64,000 bases of DNA. Source: an uncultured Planctomycetales bacterium. Lineage in GTDB: Bacteria > Omnitrophota > Gorgyraeia > Zapsychrales > Fredricksoniimonadaceae. The notes under the pieces were generated by a model. The model was given only the letters and a program-made list of their open reading frames with translations. It did not search any database and had not been told where the DNA came from. The translations under genes and the position numbers were made by a program. Position 1 is the first letter of the stretch. Each line of letters opens with the position of its first letter. This document shows positions 9,754-19,574 of this stretch, piece by piece. The DNA is taken from positions 518,518-582,517 of the forward strand of contig CAZNDZ010000001.1 of the NCBI GenBank assembly GCA_964572155.1, given 5' to 3'.

Positions 9754-10573
9754 AATTCAAAGCACCCACATCATGTTACTTGTTGCCTCACTCATCATTG
9801 TTGTTGCCCTGTGGAAGGTGATCCGCTATTTAGAGAGTGACGGCGTCTTTTTTCCTGTGAAGACCATCACCCAAACACCCGCCGCATTGAAGTTGGAATT
9901 TGAAGATGTGTATATCGATACGCCAGATGGCAAGCGCATCAATGCATGGTTTGTGCATGGTCAGACGGGTGGCGCAACCATCCTATATGCCCATGGCAAC
10001 GGTGGTAACATGAGCGATCGATTGATGAAGGTGAAGTTCTTTCATGACCTAGGTTTCTCAGTCATGCTTTTTGATTATCGAGGTTATGGCAATAGTACGG
10101 GTTTCCCTTCAGAAGAAGGTATTTATACCGACGGGTTAGCTGCTTACGATTATTTAGTCACCCGCAAAGTCATTGATAAAAATCGCATCATTCTCTATGG
10201 CGGTTCTTTAGGTGGCATTGTTGCTGTTGATACGGCCTCTAAACGCCCATGTGCTGCCTTGATTGTTGATTCGAGCATCACATCAGCGAAGGAAGTTGCC
10301 AAAGCCTATTATCCGTATTTGCCGGCGTTTATGACGCGCCTTAAATTTGATTCCATCACGAAGATCAAGGCCATTAAAGCACCAAAGTTGATTATCCATA
10401 GTCCCGCTGATCACACCATTCCATATGCGATGGGTGTAAAACTATTTGAGGCGGCCGGTGAGCCAAAGGTATTTATTAAAGCCACCGGCGATCACGACGA
10501 GCTGCAAATGGCACGTAGTGAAAAAACCATGGCTGAATTTAGATTATTTTTAGAGAAGTTAAATTTATTATGA
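9746..10573 (+). CDS. Membrane-anchored alpha/beta-hydrolase (esterase/peptidase S9-like)
   Basis: N-terminal TM segment, 'HGNGGN' oxyanion region and 'GGSLGG' nucleophile elbow. It overlaps the response-regulator stop, which suggests co-transcription. Confidence 0.7.
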   Translation: MFKIQSTHIMLLVASLIIVVALWKVIRYLESDGVFFPVKTITQTPAALKLEFEDVYIDTPDGKRINAWFVHGQTGGATILYAHGNGGNMSDRLMKVKFFHDLGFSVMLFDYRGYGNSTGFPSEEGIYTDGLAAYDYLVTRKVIDKNRIILYGGSLGGIVAVDTASKRPCAALIVDSSITSAKEVAKAYYPYLPAFMTRLKFDSITKIKAIKAPKLIIHSPADHTIPYAMGVKLFEAAGEPKVFIKATGDHDELQMARSEKTMAEFRLFLEKLNLL

Positions 10574-11340
10574 TGATCCTAAGTTTTCAAAACCCCTTTG
10601 TTAAAAAACTTGTTGCCTTGCGTGATGCCAAACATCGTCGGGAAGAGCAATTGACCATCATTGATGGCTTGCGCGAAGTCACACGTGCCATCGATGCAGG
10701 TGTAACAATTGAGCACATGGTGTATTGCCCAGATTTGTTGAAAGAGAAACTAGATTTTAAAACCAGGTATGATTTAGTCGAAGTGTCTCAAGGAGTTTTT
10801 GAGAAGGTTAGTTTTGGTGATCGCAAAGATGGTGTGCTTGCGGTCGCCCGTTATCCGTCTAAGACATTGGCTGATCTAAAATTACCTAAGAATCCTTTGG
10901 TCGTCATTTTAGAAGCAGTTGAAAAACCAGGTAATTTAGGCGCCATCATGCGTACGTGCGATAGTGCAGGCGTTGATGCGCTGTTGATTGCCGATCTAAA
11001 GACCGACATTTATAATCCCAATGTCATTCGCGCTAGTGTATCGACGGTGTTTAGTTTGCCTGTTGTGGGCGCGAGCAATGACGATATTGCCACATTTTTA
11101 AAGGCCCACCAGATTAAAACAATTGGCGCTGTGGTTGGGGCAAAGACAACCTATACCCAAGCCAATTTAAAAGGCCCGCTTGGGATCGTGCTTGGCAGTG
11201 AAGATGAAGGCTTAAGTGATTTTTGGCAAAAGCATTGTGATGTCAATGTCAAGATTCCCATGCGTGGTTTAGCAGATTCACTCAATGTCTCTGTAACCGC
11301 TGCCGTCTTGATTTTCGAAGCCATAAGGCAGCGACAATAA
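10570..11340 (+). CDS. SpoU/TrmH-family RNA 2'-O-methyltransferase (second copy in the window)
   Basis: 'LEAVEKPGNLGAIMRTCDSAG', 'IVLGSEDEGL' and 'IPMRGLADSLNVSVTAAVLIF' are SPOUT motifs. Confidence 0.75.
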   Translation: MMILSFQNPFVKKLVALRDAKHRREEQLTIIDGLREVTRAIDAGVTIEHMVYCPDLLKEKLDFKTRYDLVEVSQGVFEKVSFGDRKDGVLAVARYPSKTLADLKLPKNPLVVILEAVEKPGNLGAIMRTCDSAGVDALLIADLKTDIYNPNVIRASVSTVFSLPVVGASNDDIATFLKAHQIKTIGAVVGAKTTYTQANLKGPLGIVLGSEDEGLSDFWQKHCDVNVKIPMRGLADSLNVSVTAAVLIFEAIRQRQ

Positions 11341-11341
11341 T

Positions 11342-12055
11342 ATGCGCCTGCAAGTATTTCTCTCCCACAATGGGGTTTGTTCCCGTCGAGATGCCATGGA
11401 TTTAATTAAGGATGGCCGTGTTAAACTCAATGGTAAAACTATTTTAGAGCCATCTGTCGATGTCACAGGCCAAGAGAAGATTACGGTCGACGGTCAGCTT
11501 ATTGTATCTAAACAATACACCTATGTGATGCTCCATAAGCCGGAAGGCTACACGACAACCAAGGACGATCCTTATGCGAAGAAGACTGTTATGGAATTGT
11601 TGCCCTCCAGCATGCGTCACTTGTCGCCGGTAGGACGTTTGGACCGTGACACCGAAGGATTATTGTTGTTTACCAATGACGGCGCATGGGCTCAAGCGTT
11701 AACACATCCTAAATTTCATTTAGATAAAACCTATGTCGCGCGCCTTAAAGGTGAATTAAAGGCAGAGAACAAGAAAATATTAGAGGCCGGCATAATCATG
11801 GAGGGCCGCAAAACCGCTCCTTGCCGAATCGCTGATGTTCGCTATAATAACGGGGAAACAACACTTAGCATCACCATCCACGAAGGTCGCAAACGCCAAG
11901 TTAGGACCATGTTTTATTTAGTCGGTCACAAGGTCTTATATTTAAAACGCGTGGCGGTTGGTAAGTTGGGATTAAATGATTTAGCTCTAGGTAAATGGCG
12001 CGAATTAACATTAGCAGAAGTAAAACAATTAAAACGGGAGAATAAAATCCAATGA
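11342..12055 (+). CDS. Pseudouridine synthase, RsuA/RluB family, with N-terminal S4 domain
   Basis: S4-like 'RLQVFLSHNGVCSRRDAMDLIKDGRVKLNGK' and the catalytic 'VGRLDRDTEGLLLFTNDG'. Confidence 0.8.
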   Translation: MRLQVFLSHNGVCSRRDAMDLIKDGRVKLNGKTILEPSVDVTGQEKITVDGQLIVSKQYTYVMLHKPEGYTTTKDDPYAKKTVMELLPSSMRHLSPVGRLDRDTEGLLLFTNDGAWAQALTHPKFHLDKTYVARLKGELKAENKKILEAGIIMEGRKTAPCRIADVRYNNGETTLSITIHEGRKRQVRTMFYLVGHKVLYLKRVAVGKLGLNDLALGKWRELTLAEVKQLKRENKIQ

Positions 12056-13170
12056 AACAAGTTTCATATGTCATCGTTGCTATTGTTGCTTGTCTGGTGT
12101 GTACACCTCTATTTGCAGGTGGGAAAGTCACTGTTTCTAGTTGGGATGCCATCAAACAACAACAGAAGCCAAATAACAATCTTCCATCAGCGTATGATGC
12201 GCCATATCGTCAGCCGCTTTCAACGTTAGCATGGGAAGATGGTGCGTGTATTACCCGCGACGGGTTGACGCTTTATACACAATATATCCCGATGGATTTA
12301 TTTAAAGGTACCGTTGAAGATAGAAAAGCTAATCCCAATCTTTTTCGTTACAAACGAGGACCAAGCATAGGACAAGATTTATCTGCACCTGCTGGTAGCG
12401 GTATTAAAACCGATTGGATGCATTCCGATATTGCATATAGTACGCGCACGAGTGTCAATGATGCCTTTGGGTCATGGACATTAAGCAATGCACGAAAACA
12501 ATTATTTAACGATGCCGCGCCGCAAGGAATCTTAAATCAGCAAGACCCAACCAAGTTTGATATTTTTGTGTATACCGACGAGGACACAGATCGTGTTTAT
12601 TATGCACCTAAGATAAGGATCTTGCGCAATGTTGGGCGAGAGTTAGCCGCTGGCAGTGAACACGTATTATCTTTTGCCATTAGTCCTGCACAATATTTTG
12701 ATGAGAATCCACATGTTGAGCGTTATGACGACAACGATCCTAACAAATTGGTTTTATTCTTTGATAGCAAGAATCGAAGTGCTTCACTAGATATATTTTT
12801 TACAACCAGTACAGACAACGGTAAAACATGGGCCATGATTGCACCCGTAGCAAGTGTTAATACGCCTACAACAGAGCATCAGCCGCATTTATATTTTGAT
12901 GGAACCAAGTGGTGGTTGTATTTATCCGCATTGAATCCTGCGGACGGTAAACTGGCCATCTATCGTTATGCCCAAGGAGAATCAGGAGACTGGGATTCAT
13001 GGATAAATAAAGAATTGGTCATCAGCGCCGGTACATCTTTAGGGGTAGGTGAGCCTACTTTAACACATCATGGCGATATTTCTTTTGTCGTCATTACAAG
13101 AAACACGATCAAACCCACGGGAGTCGATAAATATGATGCAGATCCGTGGTATATGAGAAAGAAAGACTAA
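12052..13170 (+). CDS. Secreted protein with BNR/Asp-box-like motif (sialidase/GH-like beta-propeller), function unknown
   Basis: N-terminal signal peptide. 'TSTDNGKTW' matches the S-x-D-x-G-x-T-W Asp-box. The call as a beta-propeller is tentative. Confidence 0.4.
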   Translation: MKQVSYVIVAIVACLVCTPLFAGGKVTVSSWDAIKQQQKPNNNLPSAYDAPYRQPLSTLAWEDGACITRDGLTLYTQYIPMDLFKGTVEDRKANPNLFRYKRGPSIGQDLSAPAGSGIKTDWMHSDIAYSTRTSVNDAFGSWTLSNARKQLFNDAAPQGILNQQDPTKFDIFVYTDEDTDRVYYAPKIRILRNVGRELAAGSEHVLSFAISPAQYFDENPHVERYDDNDPNKLVLFFDSKNRSASLDIFFTTSTDNGKTWAMIAPVASVNTPTTEHQPHLYFDGTKWWLYLSALNPADGKLAIYRYAQGESGDWDSWINKELVISAGTSLGVGEPTLTHHGDISFVVITRNTIKPTGVDKYDADPWYMRKKD

Positions 13171-13171
13171 C

Positions 13172-15109
13172 ATGATCACGGTAACAAATTTATGTAAAAA
13201 CTTCGACGAGCGCATGTTGCTCGATAATGTGTCTTTGAGTATTTTTCCCAATGAACGCATTGGTTTGACGGGGCCTAATGGGGCGGGGAAGTCGACGTTG
13301 TTTGGGATTATTTTAAAAACGATCGAGCCAACTTCTGGCCAAGTACAAATTCAAAAGGGCATTAAGATTGGGTATATGGCGCAGGAAGCAAAATATGCCT
13401 CCGACCGCACGGTGTTGGAAGAAGTGTCCTCGGGTGATGATGAGATTCGTGCATTATTGACGGAGAAACACAAGCTAGAAGATGACAATAAAGCAGATAG
13501 CCCACGTTATGGGGATTTGCTGGAACTCTTAGAACAAAAAGGTATTTATGATTTAGAGCATAAGGCTGAAAAGATTTTAAGTGGTCTTGGGTTTAAGGAA
13601 AAAGAATTCCATAAGCCCATCAATCAGTTATCCGGCGGTTGGCAAATGCGTACGCAATTAGCTAAGCTCTTGACCTATCAATATGACTTGATTTTACTCG
13701 ACGAGCCAACCAACTACCTTGATTTGGAAGCAACCATTTGGCTCAAAGGGTATTTGGCAGAATATAATGGCACGTTCATCATTATTTCCCACGATAAAAC
13801 TTTCTTAAATGATGTTACCAATTACACAATCATCTTAGAAGATGCCAAGATGACCAAGATCAAAGGTAATTACGAGGAATATGAAGAAGCCAAAGAAATT
13901 CGTAATCGCACGATGGAAAAACAACAAAAAGTGATCGACGCAAAACGTCAGCAATTAGAGCGTTTTACCGAACGTTTTCATGCTCAGCCCAATCGTGCAG
14001 CGGCTGTACGTAATAAACGCAAAATGTTAGATAAGCTCGAAGACTTTGATATCCGTCAGGAAAAACATTCCATCCGTGACTTTGATTTTCCTGCCACCAT
14101 TGAGAGTGGTTATACCGTCTTAACCATGAGCAAGATTTGCAAATCATATCCCGATAAGAAAATTTATGACAACTTAGATTTTGAAATCACCAAGGGGCAG
14201 AAACTATGTCTGGTTGGGCCAAATGGTGCAGGTAAATCAACTTTATTGAAAATGATCGCAGGTGTTTTGCCATTTGATAGCGGCACACGCAAATTAGGCC
14301 ATCAGGTGGAACTAGGGTATTTCTCTCAAACACGTTTAGATGTTTTAAATCCTAATCGCACCGCGTTAGAAGAATTGTTGTCGGCAACCACCCGCAGTGT
14401 GCCTCAAGCACAAGCGCGTACGTTGCTTGGCGTTTTTAACTTTCGAGGCGACGATGTTTTTAAACCCGTCAATGTTTTATCTGGGGGCGAGAAAAGCCGT
14501 TTGATCTTGGCTAAATTGTTAATCAATCCGCCTAACTTTATTTGCTTAGACGAACCAACAACACATTTGGACATCGATGGGGTTGAAGCCTTGACGTCAT
14601 GTTTTAAAAATTATCAAGGTACGTTGTGTTTTATCAGCCACGATCTATTCTTTGTAAACCAAATTGCCGATCATATTGTGGAAGTCAATGACGGGCAGTT
14701 AAAGAATTATCATGGTAACTTGGATTATTATTTAGAAAAGAAGGCAGGTATCACCGCCGCGCATGCAAGCAATGAAGCCGCCGCTAAGGCCATGGCTGCA
14801 TCAAACATGCAAAAAGCTAAACAAAAAGATGATTTGCCTGCGCATTTAAAAGAAGCCCAAGAAAAACATAAAGCGGCTATGCGTCGTCTCGAAGACATTA
14901 AAAAAGAAACCAAGGCTCTGGAAAAAGAGCAACAAGACTTGGAAACCGAGAGCTATGTGAAGTCTCGTTATTTAAGTGATACGTTTGGTCGCGATCAACA
15001 GATGATGAAAGAATATGGTGTGCGTTTAAAAGAAATTCAATCACGCCAGCGGGACATTGCCGTTACCATTGATCGTTTACAAGAAGAAAAACAAAGGATC
15101 AGCAAATGA
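13172..15109 (+). CDS. ABC-F family ATPase (tandem ABC domains, no TMD) with long charged C-terminal coiled-coil tail
   Basis: Two Walker A motifs ('GPNGAGKST' twice) and two signature motifs ('LSGGWQMR', 'LSGGEKSR'). The inter-domain linker is typical of Uup/EttA/YheS-like proteins. Confidence 0.85.
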   Translation: MITVTNLCKNFDERMLLDNVSLSIFPNERIGLTGPNGAGKSTLFGIILKTIEPTSGQVQIQKGIKIGYMAQEAKYASDRTVLEEVSSGDDEIRALLTEKHKLEDDNKADSPRYGDLLELLEQKGIYDLEHKAEKILSGLGFKEKEFHKPINQLSGGWQMRTQLAKLLTYQYDLILLDEPTNYLDLEATIWLKGYLAEYNGTFIIISHDKTFLNDVTNYTIILEDAKMTKIKGNYEEYEEAKEIRNRTMEKQQKVIDAKRQQLERFTERFHAQPNRAAAVRNKRKMLDKLEDFDIRQEKHSIRDFDFPATIESGYTVLTMSKICKSYPDKKIYDNLDFEITKGQKLCLVGPNGAGKSTLLKMIAGVLPFDSGTRKLGHQVELGYFSQTRLDVLNPNRTALEELLSATTRSVPQAQARTLLGVFNFRGDDVFKPVNVLSGGEKSRLILAKLLINPPNFICLDEPTTHLDIDGVEALTSCFKNYQGTLCFISHDLFFVNQIADHIVEVNDGQLKNYHGNLDYYLEKKAGITAAHASNEAAAKAMAASNMQKAKQKDDLPAHLKEAQEKHKAAMRRLEDIKKETKALEKEQQDLETESYVKSRYLSDTFGRDQQMMKEYGVRLKEIQSRQRDIAVTIDRLQEEKQRISK

Positions 15110-15486
15110 GATGGTTGATATTTGTGTTATTGCTTTTTTGCAATGGTTGCACAAAAATTCAAATGTTGCCTTATTTAGATCAAGTGATGGTGCTTCAAGA
15201 TTTTGGTCAAGATAAGAAAGCGCAAGAAGACTTGGTTAAAAAAGTCAACGCAGGTTTTGACCGCATGAAACAAGCCATTGCCGACGGAAAAATGGGACAA
15301 TATAAGACACAAAACGACATTCAAAAAGCCTTTGGCCCGCCGATCATCTTAGAACATGTGGTCGAAGAAGGTAAGATTTACGTGCAAGCCTTATACCGCT
15401 ATGCCATTCAAAAAAACAGCCCAGGCAAGGTGCATATTTATTATGATGCCCGAGGCAATGTGGTTAAATGGGAGAGCCTACCATGA
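15106..15486 (+). CDS. Small lipoprotein, unknown function
   Basis: Signal peptide with lipobox 'LLLFCNGC'. No other motif. Confidence 0.4.
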   Translation: MRWLIFVLLLFCNGCTKIQMLPYLDQVMVLQDFGQDKKAQEDLVKKVNAGFDRMKQAIADGKMGQYKTQNDIQKAFGPPIILEHVVEEGKIYVQALYRYAIQKNSPGKVHIYYDARGNVVKWESLP

Positions 15487-16493
15487 TTTGGATCCTTTCT
15501 GCGCTGATGGTGGTTATTACAATCGGGGTTGTGGCGTATATGAAGGTCATGCAGTATAAAGCCATTGCTCAGATGGATGTGCGCAAAAAGGAAATTGATG
15601 AAACAGTAAAATCATTGAGCTTGCAACTAGAGAAGTACCAGCAATTGTTGCGTCAAATCGAAGAAGACCGCAACCGCAAATACGGTAATTTAGAAACAGA
15701 GTTAAAGAACACCTCCGCCGCCACACTGCGTCTTCAAGAAAGCACCAATCACTTAAATAATATTTTGGGTAATGTAAAGTTGCGCGGTCAATGGGGCGAA
15801 CGCATGGCCGAAGACATTATCCAATACGCTGGTTTGATTGAGAATATCAATTACACCAAGCAATTAGCTAACACATCGTCGACAAAGCCAGACTTTACGT
15901 TTCTTCTGCCAAGCCAGCATAAGATCAATATGGATGTGAAATTTCCATTGGATAATTATTTGCACATGGTCAATGCTGCGGTGATAGAACAAAAAGAAAT
16001 GTATCAAAAGGAATTTATCCGAAATGTTAAAGAGCGCATCAAGGAAATACAGAACCGCGATTATATCAATGCTTCGGAGAAGACCTTAGATTTCGTTCTG
16101 CTGTTTATCCCCAATGAACAAGTGTTTGGTTTCATCCAAGAAAAAATGCCTGAGCTTATGGATTTGGCCTTAAAGCAAAAAGTGGTCTTATGTTCGCCCT
16201 TTACCTTGTATGCGATGTTAAGCGTGATCCGTCAGGCGCATGAGAATTTTCGATATGAAAAAGATTTAAAAGAGATCATTGGTTTGATTGAACAATTCTC
16301 TAAATATTATGCCGCCTTTAAAGTCCGTTTTGAAACCATGGGTGATGCGATCACCAAGCTCAACACCCAATACCAAGACATCTTAGATAAGAATTTTAAG
16401 CAGTTAGACGGCAAGATTAAAAGCATTGATGAATATAAAAAAGGCCAACTTCCTCTAGTAGAGAATAAGGCGCTCGATGTTCCATCAGCATAA
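15468..16493 (+). CDS. rmuC: DNA recombination protein RmuC
   Basis: N-terminal TM segment, long coiled-coil and the conserved C-terminal RmuC region ('FVLLFIPNEQVF', 'CSPFTLYAML'). Confidence 0.7.
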   Translation: MGEPTMIWILSALMVVITIGVVAYMKVMQYKAIAQMDVRKKEIDETVKSLSLQLEKYQQLLRQIEEDRNRKYGNLETELKNTSAATLRLQESTNHLNNILGNVKLRGQWGERMAEDIIQYAGLIENINYTKQLANTSSTKPDFTFLLPSQHKINMDVKFPLDNYLHMVNAAVIEQKEMYQKEFIRNVKERIKEIQNRDYINASEKTLDFVLLFIPNEQVFGFIQEKMPELMDLALKQKVVLCSPFTLYAMLSVIRQAHENFRYEKDLKEIIGLIEQFSKYYAAFKVRFETMGDAITKLNTQYQDILDKNFKQLDGKIKSIDEYKKGQLPLVENKALDVPSA

Positions 16494-17166
16494 GGGCTTA
16501 GTTAGTTTTATTTCAGATGCGTCGATGGATTTTACCCCGACGGACTTTGATGCCCCTTTATCTATTTCCCAACAAATATATTTAAAAGAACAAACCGGAC
16601 ATAACATTCCCCACGTATTTTGGCGCAAACAAGTTCATGGTGATGGCATTCTGATTGTCAAAGGCGATGCGACGTCCTGCCGCGATCAAAATGATGCCGA
16701 TGCGTATATTACCAACAGAAAGCATGTTCCTATCGCGATACGCACGGCGGATTGTGTGCCGGTCTTTATTTATGATGCAGCCAAGAAAGTCATTGGCCTC
16801 GCTCATGCTGGATGGAAAGGGACGCATCAAGAAATCGCCAAGAAGACCATCCTTGCCATGCAAGAACACTATGATTGCAGGTGGCATGACCTATGGGTTT
16901 ATTTAGGGCCTGCGATCCATGCATGTTGCTACAAAGTCGGGCATGAATTCAAAGCGTATTTTCCACAAGATGTCATTGATAATGACGACGGAACAATTAG
17001 CGTTGATATCATTCAAGCGAATCTCCGTCAAATTAGGCAACTTGGTTTAAACCCATTGCAAATTTCGGACAGCGGTGAATGCACGTGTTGCAACCGCAAC
17101 TATTTTTCTTTTAGACGAGATAAAGAGAAAGCAGGGCGCATGATTTCCCTGATGATGCTTCTATGA
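16477..17166 (+). CDS. pgeF: Peptidoglycan editing factor PgeF / YfiH (DUF152 laccase-domain protein)
   Basis: 'QVHGDGILIV ... DADAYIT ... IRTADCVPVFIYD ... GLAHAGWKGT' is the characteristic His/Cys/His catalytic arrangement. Confidence 0.8.
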   Translation: MFHQHKGLVSFISDASMDFTPTDFDAPLSISQQIYLKEQTGHNIPHVFWRKQVHGDGILIVKGDATSCRDQNDADAYITNRKHVPIAIRTADCVPVFIYDAAKKVIGLAHAGWKGTHQEIAKKTILAMQEHYDCRWHDLWVYLGPAIHACCYKVGHEFKAYFPQDVIDNDDGTISVDIIQANLRQIRQLGLNPLQISDSGECTCCNRNYFSFRRDKEKAGRMISLMMLL

Positions 17167-17483
17167 AAAATGAATACATTGTTATTTATGTTACCGCCAA
17201 AGACAAGCGTCAAGCAACAACGATCGCAACAGCCTTATTGAAAGACCGCCTCATTGCCTGCGCGAATGTTGTGCCACAAATTACATCGATCTATACATGG
17301 AAAGGCAAGATCGAGCAATCCAAAGAAGTACTACTCATATTAAAAACTAAAAAAACTTCGTTTCATGCTGTTGCCAAGAAGGTAAAATCAATGCATAGCT
17401 ATGAAGTTCCAGAGATCATTGCGCTGCCTATTGTTGCTGGTGAGAAATTTTACTTAAGTTGGTTAAAGGAGAGTGTATGTTAA
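17163..17483 (+). CDS. cutA: Divalent-cation tolerance protein CutA
   Basis: About 105 aa. 'IACANVVPQITSIYTWKGKIEQSKEVLLILKT' matches the CutA1 core. Confidence 0.7.
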   Translation: MKNEYIVIYVTAKDKRQATTIATALLKDRLIACANVVPQITSIYTWKGKIEQSKEVLLILKTKKTSFHAVAKKVKSMHSYEVPEIIALPIVAGEKFYLSWLKESVC

Positions 17484-17980
17484 AGTTTTTGGTTGTGATG
17501 ATGGTAGCAATGATGCCTGTATCCGCGTTTGCCATGGCTGAACGTCAGCCTAAACAGGATCCTATGATCGGTACCGTAGCACCGGAATTTGTCCTAGATA
17601 CAATTTATAATGGTACAAAGAAACTGTCTGAGGCGCGTGCGGGTAAGAAGGCGGTTTTGTTCTTCTGGGCCACGTGGTGTCCACATTGTCATGAACAAAT
17701 AACACGTTTAAATAATAGTGTTGAATCTTTAAAGCGTCGTGGATACTCCGTCATCTTGGTTGATTTGGGAGAATCTATTGGGCAGGTGAAAGCTTTCTTG
17801 CAGTTTAACACGATCTTCTTAGATTCTTTTGTCGATCCAGACAATAGCTTGCAGGATCTATATCAAATCCAAGGTGTCCCAACCATCTTTTATCTAGATG
17901 AAAAGGGCGTTGTTGTTTCTGTTGATCATGAATTTGGTGGCAATGTCGACAGCATTTATAACGTCGAGAGAAAGAATTAA
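17459..17980 (+). CDS. TlpA/ResA-like periplasmic thiol-disulfide oxidoreductase (thioredoxin fold)
   Basis: Signal peptide and 'FWATWCPHC' CxxC active site. The likely start is ATG 17477. Confidence 0.75.
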   Translation: MVKGECMLKFLVVMMVAMMPVSAFAMAERQPKQDPMIGTVAPEFVLDTIYNGTKKLSEARAGKKAVLFFWATWCPHCHEQITRLNNSVESLKRRGYSVILVDLGESIGQVKAFLQFNTIFLDSFVDPDNSLQDLYQIQGVPTIFYLDEKGVVVSVDHEFGGNVDSIYNVERKN

Positions 17981-19446
17981 CGGTAAACGATCTTATTCTT
18001 TAAATCGGGTTGTACGTTAGCTTCCAGTTTTAACTTGTTAACGAACATCCCGATTTTTTCATTACGCTTTTGAGCGCTCACCATTTGTTTGAAGTCTTCA
18101 CGGTCAATATCAAATTTCTTTTCATCAATGGCTTCCTTGCTGCTTAAATAGGCAATGGCAGGCCCTTGTGAGGTTTCAATCACACCGCTTAATTTATTCG
18201 CATCATTTAACGCATAGCTATCTTGTTGGAATTCAGCAATTAAGCCCGGTGCATTGATGTATTCGCCACGGCTAAACGCGGTTGTTTCATCCAATTTCAA
18301 GTTAAGCTCTGTTGCAATGCTCTTGAAATCTTTGCTCTTGATGCGTTCTTTGATCGTCGACAAACTAGCAGCAGCTTTGGCTTTGGCTAATTCATACGCT
18401 TTGGCATTGGTAGCAACAGTTTTAACTTTTGCGATGATGGTTGTAAATTCTGGGGTCGCGCTGGCGCGTTTTTCTTTGATGCGAATGACCTGCCAGCCAT
18501 CGGGTGCTTCCATTGGGGAGCTTGATTCATTTTGTTTCATGGCAAAGATTTTATCGACAAATTCAGGTGACCAAGCAAAGGTCAATAGGGGTTGTTCTTG
18601 CGAAAAGAATCCGCTTGTTTGAAGTGTTTGACCATGTTTGGTTGCGATGGTAGCAAAATCAGCCTTAGGTGTTAGTTCATGACTGATGGCTGCGGCAGCA
18701 TCCTTGATGGCTTGCTTTTTCTTATCATCGGCTTTTTCTGGGTATAACAAATGGACATATTCAACATTAACCATGGGTGGTTCACGGAATGATTCTTTGT
18801 TGGCATCATAGTATTTTTTTGCATCGTCGTCAGAAATCGTGATCGAGCTTAAGAAATCCGTCGGTGAGATGAGGGCATAACTTAACTTGATCTTTTCGTT
18901 ACGCTTGATGTATTCGGCTTTAAGTTCGGCATCGGTAAATGTCACATTTCCGCCAACATTGTCGAGCAATTTACGGATGATCAAAGAACGTCTTGCGCCT
19001 GCTTCAAACTCTTTGACCTTACGATCAAAAATCCCAGCATTTTCAACAATGCGTTCATAAACATTTTGATCAAATTTGCCGTTGGTTTGGAAGAAAGGCA
19101 TAGTAGCAATGTATTCGACTACTTCCTTGTCGCTAACGGTGATATTTTGACGTTTGGCTTCACGTGACAAAATGATGCGGGTCCAAGCTTCGCGTTCAAA
19201 ATCAATGGATTGTCCCATCTTAAAGAAGCGATCTCCGTAGGAAATGATGGCTTGGTCACGGCTATCAAGATAAGCACGTTCAAATTCACGCAAGTTAACG
19301 GACTTGCCGTACACTTTGCCTGCGGTATTGATATTGTTATCTAAACGGTAGGCGGTACCAAAAACACCAAATGACAGGATGATGATGACCGCGACAACCC
19401 ATAAAATTTTTCGTGAAACACCTTTGTGGCGTAAAATGCTTAGCAT
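17977..19446 (-). CDS. Periplasmic chaperone / peptidyl-prolyl isomerase, PpiD-like (SurA-N domain, membrane-anchored)
   Basis: N-terminal TM anchor followed by SurA-N-like chaperone region and a parvulin-like segment. One of only two minus-strand genes. Confidence 0.6.
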   Translation of the reverse strand: MLSILRHKGVSRKILWVVAVIIILSFGVFGTAYRLDNNINTAGKVYGKSVNLREFERAYLDSRDQAIISYGDRFFKMGQSIDFEREAWTRIILSREAKRQNITVSDKEVVEYIATMPFFQTNGKFDQNVYERIVENAGIFDRKVKEFEAGARRSLIIRKLLDNVGGNVTFTDAELKAEYIKRNEKIKLSYALISPTDFLSSITISDDDAKKYYDANKESFREPPMVNVEYVHLLYPEKADDKKKQAIKDAAAAISHELTPKADFATIATKHGQTLQTSGFFSQEQPLLTFAWSPEFVDKIFAMKQNESSSPMEAPDGWQVIRIKEKRASATPEFTTIIAKVKTVATNAKAYELAKAKAAASLSTIKERIKSKDFKSIATELNLKLDETTAFSRGEYINAPGLIAEFQQDSYALNDANKLSGVIETSQGPAIAYLSSKEAIDEKKFDIDREDFKQMVSAQKRNEKIGMFVNKLKLEANVQPDLKNKIVYR

Positions 19447-19574
19447 AAAAGTTCCTTCAGTTTAAGTTGCATGTTAAAGAATTGTGCAATTATAAGGGAA
19501 GCGGGCCGCTTTGACAAGGGCTTGTTTGAAAAATGCCCATTTGCCTATATTTATATAATGTGGTATCTTTTGGG

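Noticed and set aside
15356-15559. 67-aa plus-strand ORF overlapping the lipoprotein/rmuC junction in another frame
   Set aside because: It is out of frame with two supported genes, has no RBS and no motif. It is likely spurious.
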